A stretch of DNA of 64,000 nucleotides from Spirochaetota bacterium (GCA_043803405.1 JAZDKB010000027.1:1-64000); one strand, 5' to 3'; positions 1 through 10,295 are shown, numbered from the stretch's first letter. A program made the numbers and translations. The notes: a model not told the origin generated them from the letters alone.

Positions 1-140
1 GTATCTGGCAATAACAAATATATCCAGAAAATGGACAAGGCCTATTGTCGAATGGGGGCTTGCATTGAATCAGTTTGCTATACATTTTGGAGATAGAGTG
101 AATATCTAATATCTGTTTACACAAAAAATATTACACTCTC
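1..140 (+). mobile_element. IS256-family insertion sequence, right end (cut by window start)
   Basis: Transposase C-terminus (2-109) followed by GTTTACACAAAAAATATTACACTCTC (115-140), which resembles an IS256 right inverted repeat (reverse complement starts GAGAGTGTAA). Confidence 0.85.
2..109 (+). CDS. IS256-family (Mutator) transposase, C-terminal 35 aa (5' partial)
   Basis: Frame 2 reads YLAITNISRKWTRPIVEWGLALNQFAIHFGDRVNI*, matching the typical IS256 C-terminus YLAxxxxxxKWTxPxxxWxxALNQFxIxFxDR. Not in the ORF track. Confidence 0.88.
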   Translation, partial: YLAITNISRKWTRPIVEWGLALNQFAIHFGDRVNI

Positions 141-282
141 ATTTTAATAGATTCATAATTATATTAGTCATCTTAAAGTTAAGTATTATATTCGATAAAT
201 TGAAATACATAATAAAATTTTATGTAAATTATTTTTTAAGATGAGTTCCGGCATTAATAAGCAAAAAGGATATTTTTTTATT

Positions 283-984
283 ATGTTTTTAATAATTGGC
301 CACAGGGGAGCATCCGGTTATGAACCTGAAAATACATTGTCGGCTTTTAAGAAAGCAATAGATCTTAAAGCCGATATGATTGAAATGGATATTTACAAGT
401 GTAAAACCGGTGAACTTGTATTAATCCATGATAATAATGTGAATAGAACAACTAATGGGAAGGGCTATGTTCAGGATTTCAGCTTAAAGGAACTGAAATC
501 ATTGGAGACGGGCAAAGGTGACAAAATCCCATTATTGGAAGAAGTTCTGGACTTAGCTGACAGAAAAATTAAAATTAATCTGGAATTAAAGGGGGTAGAT
601 ACAGCAGAACCCTCCATTAAAATTATTGAAAAATATGTAAATGATAAGGGCTGGAGATACGAAGATTTTTATATATCCTCGTTTAATCATTATCTGCTTA
701 ATGAAGTTAACTCACTTTGCCCTGTAAATTCCGGAATTAAGATATGCCCGCTTATTTACGGTTTACCTGTAGGATTGGCAAAATTTGCGGTTCGGCTTAA
801 CGCATATTCAATCAATATTTCTTCAGATTTTGTGAATAAAGAACTTTTAAAAGACGCTCATAAACGGGGGATGAAAATATTTGTTTATGTCGTTAATGAT
901 GCGGCAGAGGCATTGAAGCTTAAATCTCTTGGCGTTGACGGAATATTTACCGATTATCCAGATTTACTTATAAAACAGCCCTGA
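283..984 (+). CDS. Glycerophosphodiester phosphodiesterase (GDPD family)
   Basis: IGHRG, PENT, IEMDI, LIHD, NLELK and GIFTDYP motifs. ATG 283 chosen over 241 because AAAGGA lies upstream and the family starts at about IIGHRG. Confidence 0.92.
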   Translation: MFLIIGHRGASGYEPENTLSAFKKAIDLKADMIEMDIYKCKTGELVLIHDNNVNRTTNGKGYVQDFSLKELKSLETGKGDKIPLLEEVLDLADRKIKINLELKGVDTAEPSIKIIEKYVNDKGWRYEDFYISSFNHYLLNEVNSLCPVNSGIKICPLIYGLPVGLAKFAVRLNAYSINISSDFVNKELLKDAHKRGMKIFVYVVNDAAEALKLKSLGVDGIFTDYPDLLIKQP

Positions 985-1019
985 AATAGAAGTCATCTCA
1001 AAATCGGATTTTATACTTT

Positions 1020-1150
1020 AATTAATCGGAATACATTACAAAATTTACTCCGGAATCAGGCCTTCCTGGTTAGTTTTTCATGTTTTCACAGGCTATTGCG
1101 TCTGGCCTGAAAAGCGTCCTCATAAATTTTGTAATGTATTCCGATTAATT
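1020..1150. repeat. 131-bp element with perfect 28-bp terminal inverted repeats (MITE-like or long hairpin)
   Basis: AATTAATCGGAATACATTACAAAATTTA (1020-1047) is the exact reverse complement of 1123-1150. Nested TCAGGCC/GGCCTGA pair (1056-1062/1104-1110). Lies between convergent genes. Confidence 0.85.
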
Positions 1151-1174
1151 GCTGGTTACTCATCTAAAATATAT

Positions 1175-2005
1175 TTAAGATAATGATTTCTTTGCCTTTT
1201 CCCATAAGGCGTCTAATTCTTCGATAGACATTTCATTAATATTTTTGTTTTCCTTTGCGGACTCCTGCTCAATATATCTGAACCGATTCATGAATTTTTG
1301 CGTAGATGACGAAAGGGCTTCTTCCGGATTTACATCAATGTGGCGCAGAATATTGACTATTGTAAAAAGAATATCGCCTGCTTCTTCTTTGATTTTTTCC
1401 CGGTCATTAGCATTTACGACTTCTTTAAATTCGTTTATCTCTTCATCCAGCTTTTTAACAATGTCCTCGCTTTTTTCCCAGTCAAAACCAACTCTGGACG
1501 TTTTTTGCTGGATACGATAGGCTTTAAGAAGAGCAGGAAGTTGCTTTGGGACACCGTCAAGAATTGATTCCCTGTGGCTTTTTTCTTTCTTCTTGATTAT
1601 TTCCCAGTTTTTAATAACATCGTGTTTATCTTTGACAATGTCTTCTCCGAAAACGTGGGGGTGCCTGCGTATAAGTTTTTCTATAATGCCTTGAGCCACA
1701 TCGTCAATATTAAAGCTCTTCTCTTCATTCGCAATTTCCGAATGCGCATAAACTTGGTAAAGCAGGTCGCCGAATTCTTCCTTCATGTGTTCGATGTCAC
1801 CTGTTTCTATCGCTTCATAAGCTTCGTATGCTTCTTCTATGAGGTATGGTTTCAGGCTTTTGAAAGTCTGTTCCCTGTCCCATGGACATTTGTTTCGGAG
1901 TATTGCGGCAAGCTCCATGAGCATATACAGCGGCCTGTCTTCTTTAAATTTCAATTGTTTGTCCTTTTTATCGTGAATCATTTTTTTATGATCGTTTCTT
2001 AACAT
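1175..2005 (-). CDS. mazG: Nucleoside triphosphate pyrophosphohydrolase MazG
   Basis: CPWDREQT, EEAYE, EEFGDLL, KLIRRHPHVF, GFDW and EEAGD motifs of tandem-domain MazG. Confidence 0.95.
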   Translation of the reverse strand: MLRNDHKKMIHDKKDKQLKFKEDRPLYMLMELAAILRNKCPWDREQTFKSLKPYLIEEAYEAYEAIETGDIEHMKEEFGDLLYQVYAHSEIANEEKSFNIDDVAQGIIEKLIRRHPHVFGEDIVKDKHDVIKNWEIIKKKEKSHRESILDGVPKQLPALLKAYRIQQKTSRVGFDWEKSEDIVKKLDEEINEFKEVVNANDREKIKEEAGDILFTIVNILRHIDVNPEEALSSSTQKFMNRFRYIEQESAKENKNINEMSIEELDALWEKAKKSLS

Positions 2006-2166
2006 GCGTCAACAGAATTTTAAATGATTTAAAAAATTTATTATTAACATGATGTGCAGCTTCTCTGACAGGCTACAATAAAAATTGACAATAATAAGCG
2101 GACTTATAATTTTTAGCTATACAGGTGAATTAAAATAAGAAATAATTATTGTTTGAGAGATAGCAT

Positions 2167-3159
2167 TTGAATATAGTTCCTGCAAATAAAGAAAACATTA
2201 GAAAAGCAGCCGGTATTATAAAATCCGGCGGTCTGGTTGCTTTTCCGACTGAAACCGTGTACGGACTGGGCGCAAATGCTCTTGATCCGATTGCAGTCAG
2301 TAAAATATTTGAGATTAAAAAACGGCCATTTTTTGATCCGCTCATTGTACATATCGCATCCTTACCGGATATTGAATTCATTGCTGCTGAACTGGGTGAA
2401 ACAGAACAGAAGCTCGCTCAAAAGTTCTGGCCCGGTCCGCTTACGCTGGTGCTTCGGAAAAAGAGCATAATCCCGGAAATCGTTACAGCCGGACTTCCCA
2501 CTGTTGCAGTGCGAATGCCTGCCAGTGAAGTTGCCCGGGAACTCATCAGTGCAGCAGGCGTTCCCATTGCAGCTCCGAGCGCGAACCTGTTCGGCCGCGT
2601 CAGCCCCACAAAAGCTGAACATGTATTTGCACAGCTAGGGATGGATGTCGACCTGATACTGGACGGCGGCAAATGCGAAGTCGGCATTGAGTCCACGATA
2701 GTTAAAATAGAAAGCGGCAGGCTCGTATTGTTAAGGCATGGCGGCCTTCCTGTAGAAGAAATTGAAAAAGCAACCGGCAGCACTCTGATTATCAGGGATA
2801 ACAATTCTTCGGATATTAAAAATACGGAATCACCTGGACAATTGCCGTATCATTATTCACCGGTTACGCCGATTGTACTTGTTCAGGATATAAAAAATAT
2901 CAGGTTCGATGATAACAGTAAGGCAGGACTGCTGCTGTTTAACGGATCAGGGATTGATCTGCGCTTTAAAAAAGTTGAAATATTATCGGAAACAGGAAAC
3001 TTGAGGGAAGCGGCCGCTAACCTTTTTTCCTGTATGCATAGTCTTGATTCCGCAGGCCTGGATATTATTTATGCCGAGACTATTCCGGAAAATGGCCTTG
3101 GAAAGGCAATTATGGATAGACTCACAAAAGCTGCAAATAAAAAGAAATTTAATTTTTAA
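2167..3159 (+). CDS. sua5: L-threonylcarbamoyladenylate synthase (Sua5/TsaC2 with C-terminal SUA5 domain)
   Basis: VAFPTETVYGLGA, KKRP, WPGPLT, PSAN and PGQLPYHYSP motifs; TTG start. Confidence 0.95.
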   Translation: MNIVPANKENIRKAAGIIKSGGLVAFPTETVYGLGANALDPIAVSKIFEIKKRPFFDPLIVHIASLPDIEFIAAELGETEQKLAQKFWPGPLTLVLRKKSIIPEIVTAGLPTVAVRMPASEVARELISAAGVPIAAPSANLFGRVSPTKAEHVFAQLGMDVDLILDGGKCEVGIESTIVKIESGRLVLLRHGGLPVEEIEKATGSTLIIRDNNSSDIKNTESPGQLPYHYSPVTPIVLVQDIKNIRFDDNSKAGLLLFNGSGIDLRFKKVEILSETGNLREAAANLFSCMHSLDSAGLDIIYAETIPENGLGKAIMDRLTKAANKKKFNF

Positions 3160-3278
3160 TTGATTTTTAGAGTAATATAGTATAAAAATTTTAGTTTATT
3201 AATTCGTTTCTCAAATGATTGCTTTCTGATGCCGTAAGCATTGAAAACCGGACTGGATTTTCAGGATAAATAGTATTA

Positions 3279-3887
3279 ATGAAAATTGAACTTCCTCTTT
3301 TTATTTTATTTGAAGGTATAGACGGCTCGGGGAAAACGACCCTCTCGGAATTACTTTTTGAATTTTTTAAAAAAAAAGGCGTTCCTGCCGAATTCGGTCA
3401 TGAGCCAACCGAAGGCGTTTATGGAAAAGAGATCAGGAGCCTGTTGCAAAAAGAACATGCCGGCGACGCAGATGATTTGCTTAAACTCTTTTTACTGGAC
3501 AGGGAGGATGATGCAAAGAAGAACATACTGCCGTCCTTAAAAGCAGGAAAAGCAATTGTAATGGACAGGTACTATTTTTCCAATGCCGCGTATCAGGGCG
3601 CCATGGGGATTTCACCCGAATCAATAATAACTGAGAACAGAAAAAGAAATTTTCCCGAACCGGACAGGGTTTACCTGGTTGATATTGATCCCGAAGTCGC
3701 AGTTAAAAGAATTGCCGGAAGAAACAATAAAACCGAAATTTTTGAAAAGAAGGATTTTTTAAAAAATGTCAGGGAAATTTATCATTCAGTTGCGGATAAC
3801 AGGTTCGTCATTCTGGATGGTTCAAAAAAAATCAGTGAAATCATGAAAATTATTGAACAGGATATTTTAAATAATTTTTATAAATAA
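3279..3887 (+). CDS. tmk: Thymidylate (dTMP) kinase
   Basis: FEGIDGSGKTT P-loop, EP, DRYxxSxxAYQG. Confidence 0.95.
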   Translation: MKIELPLFILFEGIDGSGKTTLSELLFEFFKKKGVPAEFGHEPTEGVYGKEIRSLLQKEHAGDADDLLKLFLLDREDDAKKNILPSLKAGKAIVMDRYYFSNAAYQGAMGISPESIITENRKRNFPEPDRVYLVDIDPEVAVKRIAGRNNKTEIFEKKDFLKNVREIYHSVADNRFVILDGSKKISEIMKIIEQDILNNFYK

Positions 3888-5347
3888 TGAAATCGATTAT
3901 ACAAAATATAATAATAAACAGGACAGTAAACAGAATAATAAATTATTTTATTATTTCCTGCATCAATTTGCTGTTTATACTCACGGCATTTTATTTCGTT
4001 TCTTTTCTTTTTTCGTATAAGCTGGAGGGGAGATATTTTTTAATCTCAATAAGTTTATCATTTTTATCTACATTGCCGGTTCTGAATTTCTTTCTCGACA
4101 AATTTGATTCTATAATAAGCCCTGCCAGTTACGGCGATGTATACATAAAAACCGTTGATTCCATATTAAACATAGATTCGTTCGATGAGATTATAAATAA
4201 GATATTCGGCCTTGTAATAAAATTGCTGAAGGCCGGCCACGGGCATATAATCTGTTATGGTAATGAATCCGATGTAATTGATATAAAATATCCGAACAAT
4301 AAAAGTCATGAATTGCTCCGCCGTGAAAAATCGGACAGTGATTTAATCATATTAAGCCATATTAAAGGACCCGATGATATTATATTAAGAGCAAAAAGCA
4401 ATAAACCGAATGATGCGGATAGAGCAATAATGAAAGCTCTGCATCACATGGGAGCGGATATTGTAGTGCCGATTTATTATAATAATGTAATAGCCGGTAT
4501 TATTGCGATAGGCAATAAAAAAGGTTTTTCCGGAAGGGATATCAAGCTTTTAAAATTAGTCGCTTTTAAACTGGCTTTGTTGTCCGTTAACAGTTATTAT
4601 TTTTACGAGATCAGGAAAAGAAGGGAAGTAGAAAAAGAATACGAATTAACTACCAGAATACAAAAGCAGTTTTTACCCGAGCCCAGTCTAAAGAATGGCA
4701 GGATCAATATTAAAGCGTATCATAATACGGCCGCTTATTTTACACGAGAGTTTTATGATATTTTTGTAAACGACGCGGTGCCTGACGATATCCGCGTTTC
4801 TGCCTATCATGTGATCGGCGATGTGAAAGAAACCTCAATTTTTATGCCCGGTGTGCAGGCAATACTTCAAAGTTATGCAAGGCTGGGTTTTTCTCCGGCG
4901 AATACAGTTATAAAGTTAAAAAATTTTGTAAAAGAACGGGACGTTTTAAACGGCGATTTAATGATCTTTCATTCATCTGTTAAACAAGCAGGAAAATTTG
5001 AATATTATTGTTCAAAGTATCCTGCTCCGTTTTTTTATCAGTATTCATTAAAAAAGCTGATCCGGCTTGCAACCAATAATTCAAAACCGGATAGTTTAAA
5101 AGTAAATATGGAACCGGGAGATCTGATAATTGTAGCGTGCAGTTATTATTCGGAAATAATCAATTCAAATATTTTGCATTACTCAGGTGTAATAAATAGA
5201 AATGATTCTCACCCTATTGACCAAATAAAGGATGCTCTAATCCGCACTATAAATGATTTCCCCAGGCCGGTTAATTATACTACGGATAATTTGGGCGATG
5301 TAGAGGATCAGCTTCTTATCCTGATCGGTCCGGAGGGCGTGAATTGA
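3887..5347 (+). CDS. Membrane protein with GAF-like and degenerate SpoIIE/PP2C-like domain
   Basis: Two N-terminal TM stretches, GAF-like segment (VPIYYNNVIAGIIAIG), coiled coil and IQKQFLP as in RsbU-type phosphatases, but the GDVSGHG, TDG and DD metal motifs are not intact. Start overlaps the tmk stop (TAATG). Confidence 0.7.
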   Translation: MKSIIQNIIINRTVNRIINYFIISCINLLFILTAFYFVSFLFSYKLEGRYFLISISLSFLSTLPVLNFFLDKFDSIISPASYGDVYIKTVDSILNIDSFDEIINKIFGLVIKLLKAGHGHIICYGNESDVIDIKYPNNKSHELLRREKSDSDLIILSHIKGPDDIILRAKSNKPNDADRAIMKALHHMGADIVVPIYYNNVIAGIIAIGNKKGFSGRDIKLLKLVAFKLALLSVNSYYFYEIRKRREVEKEYELTTRIQKQFLPEPSLKNGRINIKAYHNTAAYFTREFYDIFVNDAVPDDIRVSAYHVIGDVKETSIFMPGVQAILQSYARLGFSPANTVIKLKNFVKERDVLNGDLMIFHSSVKQAGKFEYYCSKYPAPFFYQYSLKKLIRLATNNSKPDSLKVNMEPGDLIIVACSYYSEIINSNILHYSGVINRNDSHPIDQIKDALIRTINDFPRPVNYTTDNLGDVEDQLLILIGPEGVN

Positions 5348-7740
5348 AGCTAATCAGGATTATTTCAGGAATCTTATTGCTGGCAGGATTTTTTATTCTT
5401 AATACATATTTTTTCAATATTGCGCTGGAATTCTCAAGGATTTATCCTTTTAAAAGAATTCTTGTCGGAAATATACTGACCCGCACAATTGACATATCCG
5501 ATTCTGAATATAAGTTTAAAACAAAACTTATTAAAATTGAGAACGAAGCTGTTAATGATTTGAACGTAACGCATCTGCTTACCACATACAGCGCAAAGCC
5601 GGGTTTAAAAGTACAGCTTGAATCGGAAGGACGCATTTATGATAAGATCGTAAAAAAATCCGATATAAATTCTCAATATTTGTTATTTTTATTATTTCTG
5701 ATTTTGATAGGGAATATTCATTATTTATGGGGAGGAATTGTATATATTATTCGTCCTCATGAAATCCGCTCAAAGCTGTTTTTATTATTTTCATTATCAG
5801 TCGGATTTTTTTATTATGCTATTGTTGAGCGGTTTACTTACGGAAGCAACAGCCTGATTTTTATAGTGGCAGTGCTGGTTATGGGATTTCTGGGCTTGCG
5901 AATCGGATCAAACCTCACGAACCAGAGTATGAGTAAAATAATATTTGTGCTGGTTTTATCATTTGCCAGTAATATAATTATTTACGGCACTTATATTATT
6001 AATACATCCGGAAATCCGGATGCGATAGTATATGCGGCACTTTTATTATATCTTTTATTTACTTCATCCTTTACCTTATACAGATTAATTTACAGTATTA
6101 TTAATAGCGGTTATTCATTTGTAATATGGCGCAATGTTCTGCTTTTAATCTGTTTTTTTATAGGATATACAATTCCGGTTTTAAATATTCTGTTTTCAAT
6201 TTTTTTTGAATCGGGCATCCCGTTATATTTATCTTCCGGCTTAAGTCTGCTCTTTCCGCTTATTACAGGCAATTCCTTACTTAGATACAATCAGTATGGT
6301 TTTTCGGGATATAAGATGTTACAGCGAAACGATTTTAAAATTTTCGCATACAGTATTTTAACTTCAGTCTTAAGCGCTGTTTTGCTTTATTCGGTTTTTG
6401 TAATATCCGGTTCTGTTTATTACAAAATATTATATGATATTAGCATTGTTTTTATTATTTTAATGCTGTTTAACGTACAGCGCTTGCTTGTGAGAAATAT
6501 AAAAATTTTAGGAGAGGAACATAAAGACAGCTATGCTTTTGCATCGCAGAAAATTGCAGAGCTGGGATCGTCGTCCGTATCTATTGAAGAGAAGCTCAGG
6601 CATATTTACCGGGAAATCTCGGGATTAACAGGTGCTGAGTCGTTAAAATTATTATTATTCACGGATATTGAAAATGACTATTATTTGAATTTAAGCGATT
6701 ACATTGAGATTATGCCGAAGAATTCGGATCTTTTTTCTTTGATTAATAAAAATAAGGATATTATCCTTAAGCATGCTCTTGTCAGAAATTCTTTGATTGA
6801 AAATAGAATTTATGACTTTTTTGAGGCCAAGAATTTCGTCTTTCTCGTTCCTATGATAGAAAATAATGAGGTAAAGGGCGCGTTTTTAATAGGCAAAAAG
6901 CGTTACAGGGGATTTTATCTGGATCAGGACATCCATTTTTTTCAAAGTGTAATGTACCAGATTATTCAATTGATTGAGATCGACAGACTCTATAAAGATT
7001 ATATTATAAAGAAGCAGTATGAAAAGGAACTTGATAACGCGTCGTATGTACAACTGCGCCTTTTCCCGAAGGCTGCGCTTAAAGACAGAGGGATAGATAT
7101 CAATTTTTTCTACAGGCCGTATCTAAGGGTAATAGGCGATTATTTCGATTTTTTTAAAGTTGATAAAGACAGAACTGCAGTAATAATTGGAGATGTTTCC
7201 GGGCACGGATTATCGACTGCTATGGTTCTTTCTGCTGTAAACAGCATTACGCATGCGATTCTGGGGGAAAAAGAAAGATTTGAAAAAACATTTACTGAAA
7301 TAAATAATTATTTGAATAACAGCTACAGGGGAATTGAATTAATTACTTTATTTATCGGTATTTTTAACCGGAAAACAAAAGTAATGGAATATATAAACGC
7401 CGGACATGGAGCTCCTATACTTATCAGGAAAAACGAGAAAAAAATCCGGCATATCGAAGGCAGATCGAAAATTCTGGGCGCGGATCCGGATGCCGTGTAT
7501 ACTGCGTCACGAATAACTCTTGATAAAGATGACGAACTGATACTTTATACCGACGGCGTAATGGAAATATATAATGAAAAAACAGGACCCAGCCTTGACG
7601 AGGAAATGTTTTTAAAAATTATACTCGATAATATTGAAAAAGATGTTAACGGGAAAATAATTGAAATTGAAAAAAGAATAAAATTCTACAGCAAGGATAT
7701 TAAGGATGATATTACGATTATCGGAGTCAAAGTGCATTAA
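5344..7740 (+). CDS. Multi-pass membrane GAF + SpoIIE/PP2C (RsbU-type) Ser/Thr phosphatase
   Basis: Many hydrophobic helices, VQLRLFP, IGDYFD, IGDVSGHG, NAGH, LYTDG, DDITI all intact. TTG start overlaps the upstream TGA. Confidence 0.9.
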   Translation: MKLIRIISGILLLAGFFILNTYFFNIALEFSRIYPFKRILVGNILTRTIDISDSEYKFKTKLIKIENEAVNDLNVTHLLTTYSAKPGLKVQLESEGRIYDKIVKKSDINSQYLLFLLFLILIGNIHYLWGGIVYIIRPHEIRSKLFLLFSLSVGFFYYAIVERFTYGSNSLIFIVAVLVMGFLGLRIGSNLTNQSMSKIIFVLVLSFASNIIIYGTYIINTSGNPDAIVYAALLLYLLFTSSFTLYRLIYSIINSGYSFVIWRNVLLLICFFIGYTIPVLNILFSIFFESGIPLYLSSGLSLLFPLITGNSLLRYNQYGFSGYKMLQRNDFKIFAYSILTSVLSAVLLYSVFVISGSVYYKILYDISIVFIILMLFNVQRLLVRNIKILGEEHKDSYAFASQKIAELGSSSVSIEEKLRHIYREISGLTGAESLKLLLFTDIENDYYLNLSDYIEIMPKNSDLFSLINKNKDIILKHALVRNSLIENRIYDFFEAKNFVFLVPMIENNEVKGAFLIGKKRYRGFYLDQDIHFFQSVMYQIIQLIEIDRLYKDYIIKKQYEKELDNASYVQLRLFPKAALKDRGIDINFFYRPYLRVIGDYFDFFKVDKDRTAVIIGDVSGHGLSTAMVLSAVNSITHAILGEKERFEKTFTEINNYLNNSYRGIELITLFIGIFNRKTKVMEYINAGHGAPILIRKNEKKIRHIEGRSKILGADPDAVYTASRITLDKDDELILYTDGVMEIYNEKTGPSLDEEMFLKIILDNIEKDVNGKIIEIEKRIKFYSKDIKDDITIIGVKVH

Positions 7741-10189
7741 TAAATTAGTCATTATTGGTTTTTTTTTATTTTATTTTTTTCAGTTTTGCAATAATCCTGT
7801 TAATGCCGGTGAGAAACAAAAAAATCCTTTTAACTCTGCCTATCCATCGCTTCCTGTAAGTTATAGTGAGAGCTCCTTTGCTCCTTTTATAAATCCTGTT
7901 TTATCGGAAATGTCCCCGGATTTTTCAATGTCATATATGATGCAGAACTTTGAAGACAGGAAGGATTATAACCATTTCTTCCTGTTAAATTATGGGGGCT
8001 TTATTTTATCTTATTCATGGATTGAGAATCTTTATAATTACAATGATGCTTTAATTACTTCAGATGCAAAACTTTTTACAATAGGGAAAAGTTTTTTTTT
8101 AAACAACATGTTCGGCTTTGGAGCGAACTATTTATTCAGCAACAGTAATAATGATGCTTTTGACGACTACAGGTCACTGACACTGGGCATGCTGTTCCGC
8201 CCAACAGGTTTTCTTTCGCTGGCTTATGTTTCCCGGGATATAAATAATCCCAAAGTCAATAAGACGCAAACGTCGCGAAGCGATGTTTATTCCCTGTCAT
8301 TACGGCCTGTTAATTATTTTACATTGTCGGTTGATGCTGTAAAATATGAACGGCGCGAAATTAATAAATCGGATATTCAGTTTTCGACAACTCTGCATTT
8401 AAAATATAATATTTCCGTATTCGCGGGTCTGACGAAAAATAAGGATTTTACATTCGGGTTGCTGATGCCGCTCGGGATTAACGGTGAGAAAAGCTCAAGC
8501 CTAATACTTGACGGTTATGGCTCCAACAGGTACGACATCAATTCTTACTGTTTCGGCATTACTTTAAGCGGCGAGAAGACCATACCCTCCATATTCCAGT
8601 CAAAGCGTTTTCTTAAAATTATTTTGAACAAAGACATTGGTGAAATTAAAATAGAACGGTTGCTGGATAATTACGAAGTGACATTTTATGATTTATCGAA
8701 TGCCATAAAAACAGCAGGAAACGACGAAAGCATATCCGGTATAATGCTACAGATCGATAATATTGAACTGGGTTTTGCCCAGATACAGGAACTGCGCGAA
8801 CAGATAAAATTTTTCAGACAGAGCGGTAAAAATATTTACGCTGTTCTTAATGCGATCGGCAACAGGGAATATTACCTCGCTTCCGCGTGCGATAAAATTT
8901 ATTATAATCCTGCAAATGTTTTCTCAATTACAGGGCTTATGGCCGAGGTGTTTTTCTTTAAAGGAGTGATGGATAAAATAGGAGTAAAGTTTGAATCCGT
9001 AAGCAGGGGGCCGTATAAATCGTATCCTGAGCCGTACACAAAAGAACATATGTCGCGGGAATTCCGGGAAAATTTAACTGCGCTTATTTCGGATCTGAAC
9101 GAGCAGTTTTTGGGCGATATTGCAAATGACAGATCTATATCGCGAGAAAAGATCGGCGAGCTTTTAAGAAAAGGGATATTTACACCTGAAGAAGCAGTAA
9201 ATAACGGATTTGTTGATTATATCAGCTATTCATTTGATGCGGAAAAAAAATATTTTAAGGAGAAACATTCCGTAGGTTTAAATGATTATGTTGAAGAAAA
9301 GACGCGGACTTTTGAATGGGGGCCAAGACCCGAAATTGCCGTAATTTATGTGTCAGGGGCAATTGTCCGCGGCAGGTCGCAGGGTTATAACACGTTTGTC
9401 CCTAAGACGACAGGGGATGAAACTTATGCTAAAGCTCTTACTATTGCGTTTGAGGATCCGCGGGTTAAAGCTGTTGTAATAAGAGTAGACTCCGGAGGGG
9501 GATCGTCTCTTGCTTCGGAACTAATGTGGCATTATCTAATCTCATTGAAGAATAAATATAAAAAACCTGTCGTTTTTTCATTCGGTAATACAGCGGCATC
9601 GGGCGGATATTATATAGCATGCACAGGCGACCGTATTATCGGGAACAGAGGATCGGTTACAGGCTCTATCGGGGTTGTTGCCGGAAAGCTTTCTTTAAAG
9701 GAGCTTTACGCCAGGCTAGGGATAAATAAAGATGTCATTAAGATGAGCGAATTCGCGGATATCTTTTCAGAATCAAAGGATATGAGCGCAGAAGAGAGAA
9801 AAATTTTTGAGCAGGGAGTTGACTATGTTTACAACCGATTCACGCAGAAAGTTTCACAGGCCAGAGGAATAGAAAAAGAACAGATTGATAAAGTAGCGGA
9901 GGGCAGGGTATTTACAGGCGGCCAGGCAAAAGAGAACAGACTGATTGATTCATTCGGCGGATTGCTTGCCGCGATTGACATGGCAAAACGTACTGCTAAA
10001 ATAAAAGATGAGTATACTGTAAGGCATTTGCCGGAGATATCCGTTTCCATAATGGAATTTCTGGGACTTGGATCGCAAAACAGTTTATTTGCCGAAAAGA
10101 TAAAATCTTTAATGCAGACATTTGAATTTATTGATTTTAACAATGAATATTCTTTATATTATTTTCCGTACAGGATAGAAATTAAATAG
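7706..10189 (+). CDS. sppA: Signal peptide peptidase SppA (protease IV, long form) with extra N-terminal domain
   Basis: Two S49 modules: GPYKS (catalytic Lys), RVDSGGGS, AASGGYY (catalytic Ser), GSIGV, AEGRVFTG. Signal peptide-like N-terminus plus ~270 extra residues. Confidence 0.9.
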   Translation: MILRLSESKCINKLVIIGFFLFYFFQFCNNPVNAGEKQKNPFNSAYPSLPVSYSESSFAPFINPVLSEMSPDFSMSYMMQNFEDRKDYNHFFLLNYGGFILSYSWIENLYNYNDALITSDAKLFTIGKSFFLNNMFGFGANYLFSNSNNDAFDDYRSLTLGMLFRPTGFLSLAYVSRDINNPKVNKTQTSRSDVYSLSLRPVNYFTLSVDAVKYERREINKSDIQFSTTLHLKYNISVFAGLTKNKDFTFGLLMPLGINGEKSSSLILDGYGSNRYDINSYCFGITLSGEKTIPSIFQSKRFLKIILNKDIGEIKIERLLDNYEVTFYDLSNAIKTAGNDESISGIMLQIDNIELGFAQIQELREQIKFFRQSGKNIYAVLNAIGNREYYLASACDKIYYNPANVFSITGLMAEVFFFKGVMDKIGVKFESVSRGPYKSYPEPYTKEHMSREFRENLTALISDLNEQFLGDIANDRSISREKIGELLRKGIFTPEEAVNNGFVDYISYSFDAEKKYFKEKHSVGLNDYVEEKTRTFEWGPRPEIAVIYVSGAIVRGRSQGYNTFVPKTTGDETYAKALTIAFEDPRVKAVVIRVDSGGGSSLASELMWHYLISLKNKYKKPVVFSFGNTAASGGYYIACTGDRIIGNRGSVTGSIGVVAGKLSLKELYARLGINKDVIKMSEFADIFSESKDMSAEERKIFEQGVDYVYNRFTQKVSQARGIEKEQIDKVAEGRVFTGGQAKENRLIDSFGGLLAAIDMAKRTAKIKDEYTVRHLPEISVSIMEFLGLGSQNSLFAEKIKSLMQTFEFIDFNNEYSLYYFPYRIEIK

Positions 10190-10295
10190 CTGGTACACTG
10201 TCACATTTGGAACTGTGAGTGTAAGGATATTTTTAAATTGAAACATATAACAAAATTTTCTAAAAATTGCCGTATTATTATTAAAGGAATAATCT

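Noticed and set aside
2085..2110. TTGACA...TATAAT upstream of sua5
   Set aside because: The spacer is only 14 nt; a promoter may exist here but this pairing is not supportable.
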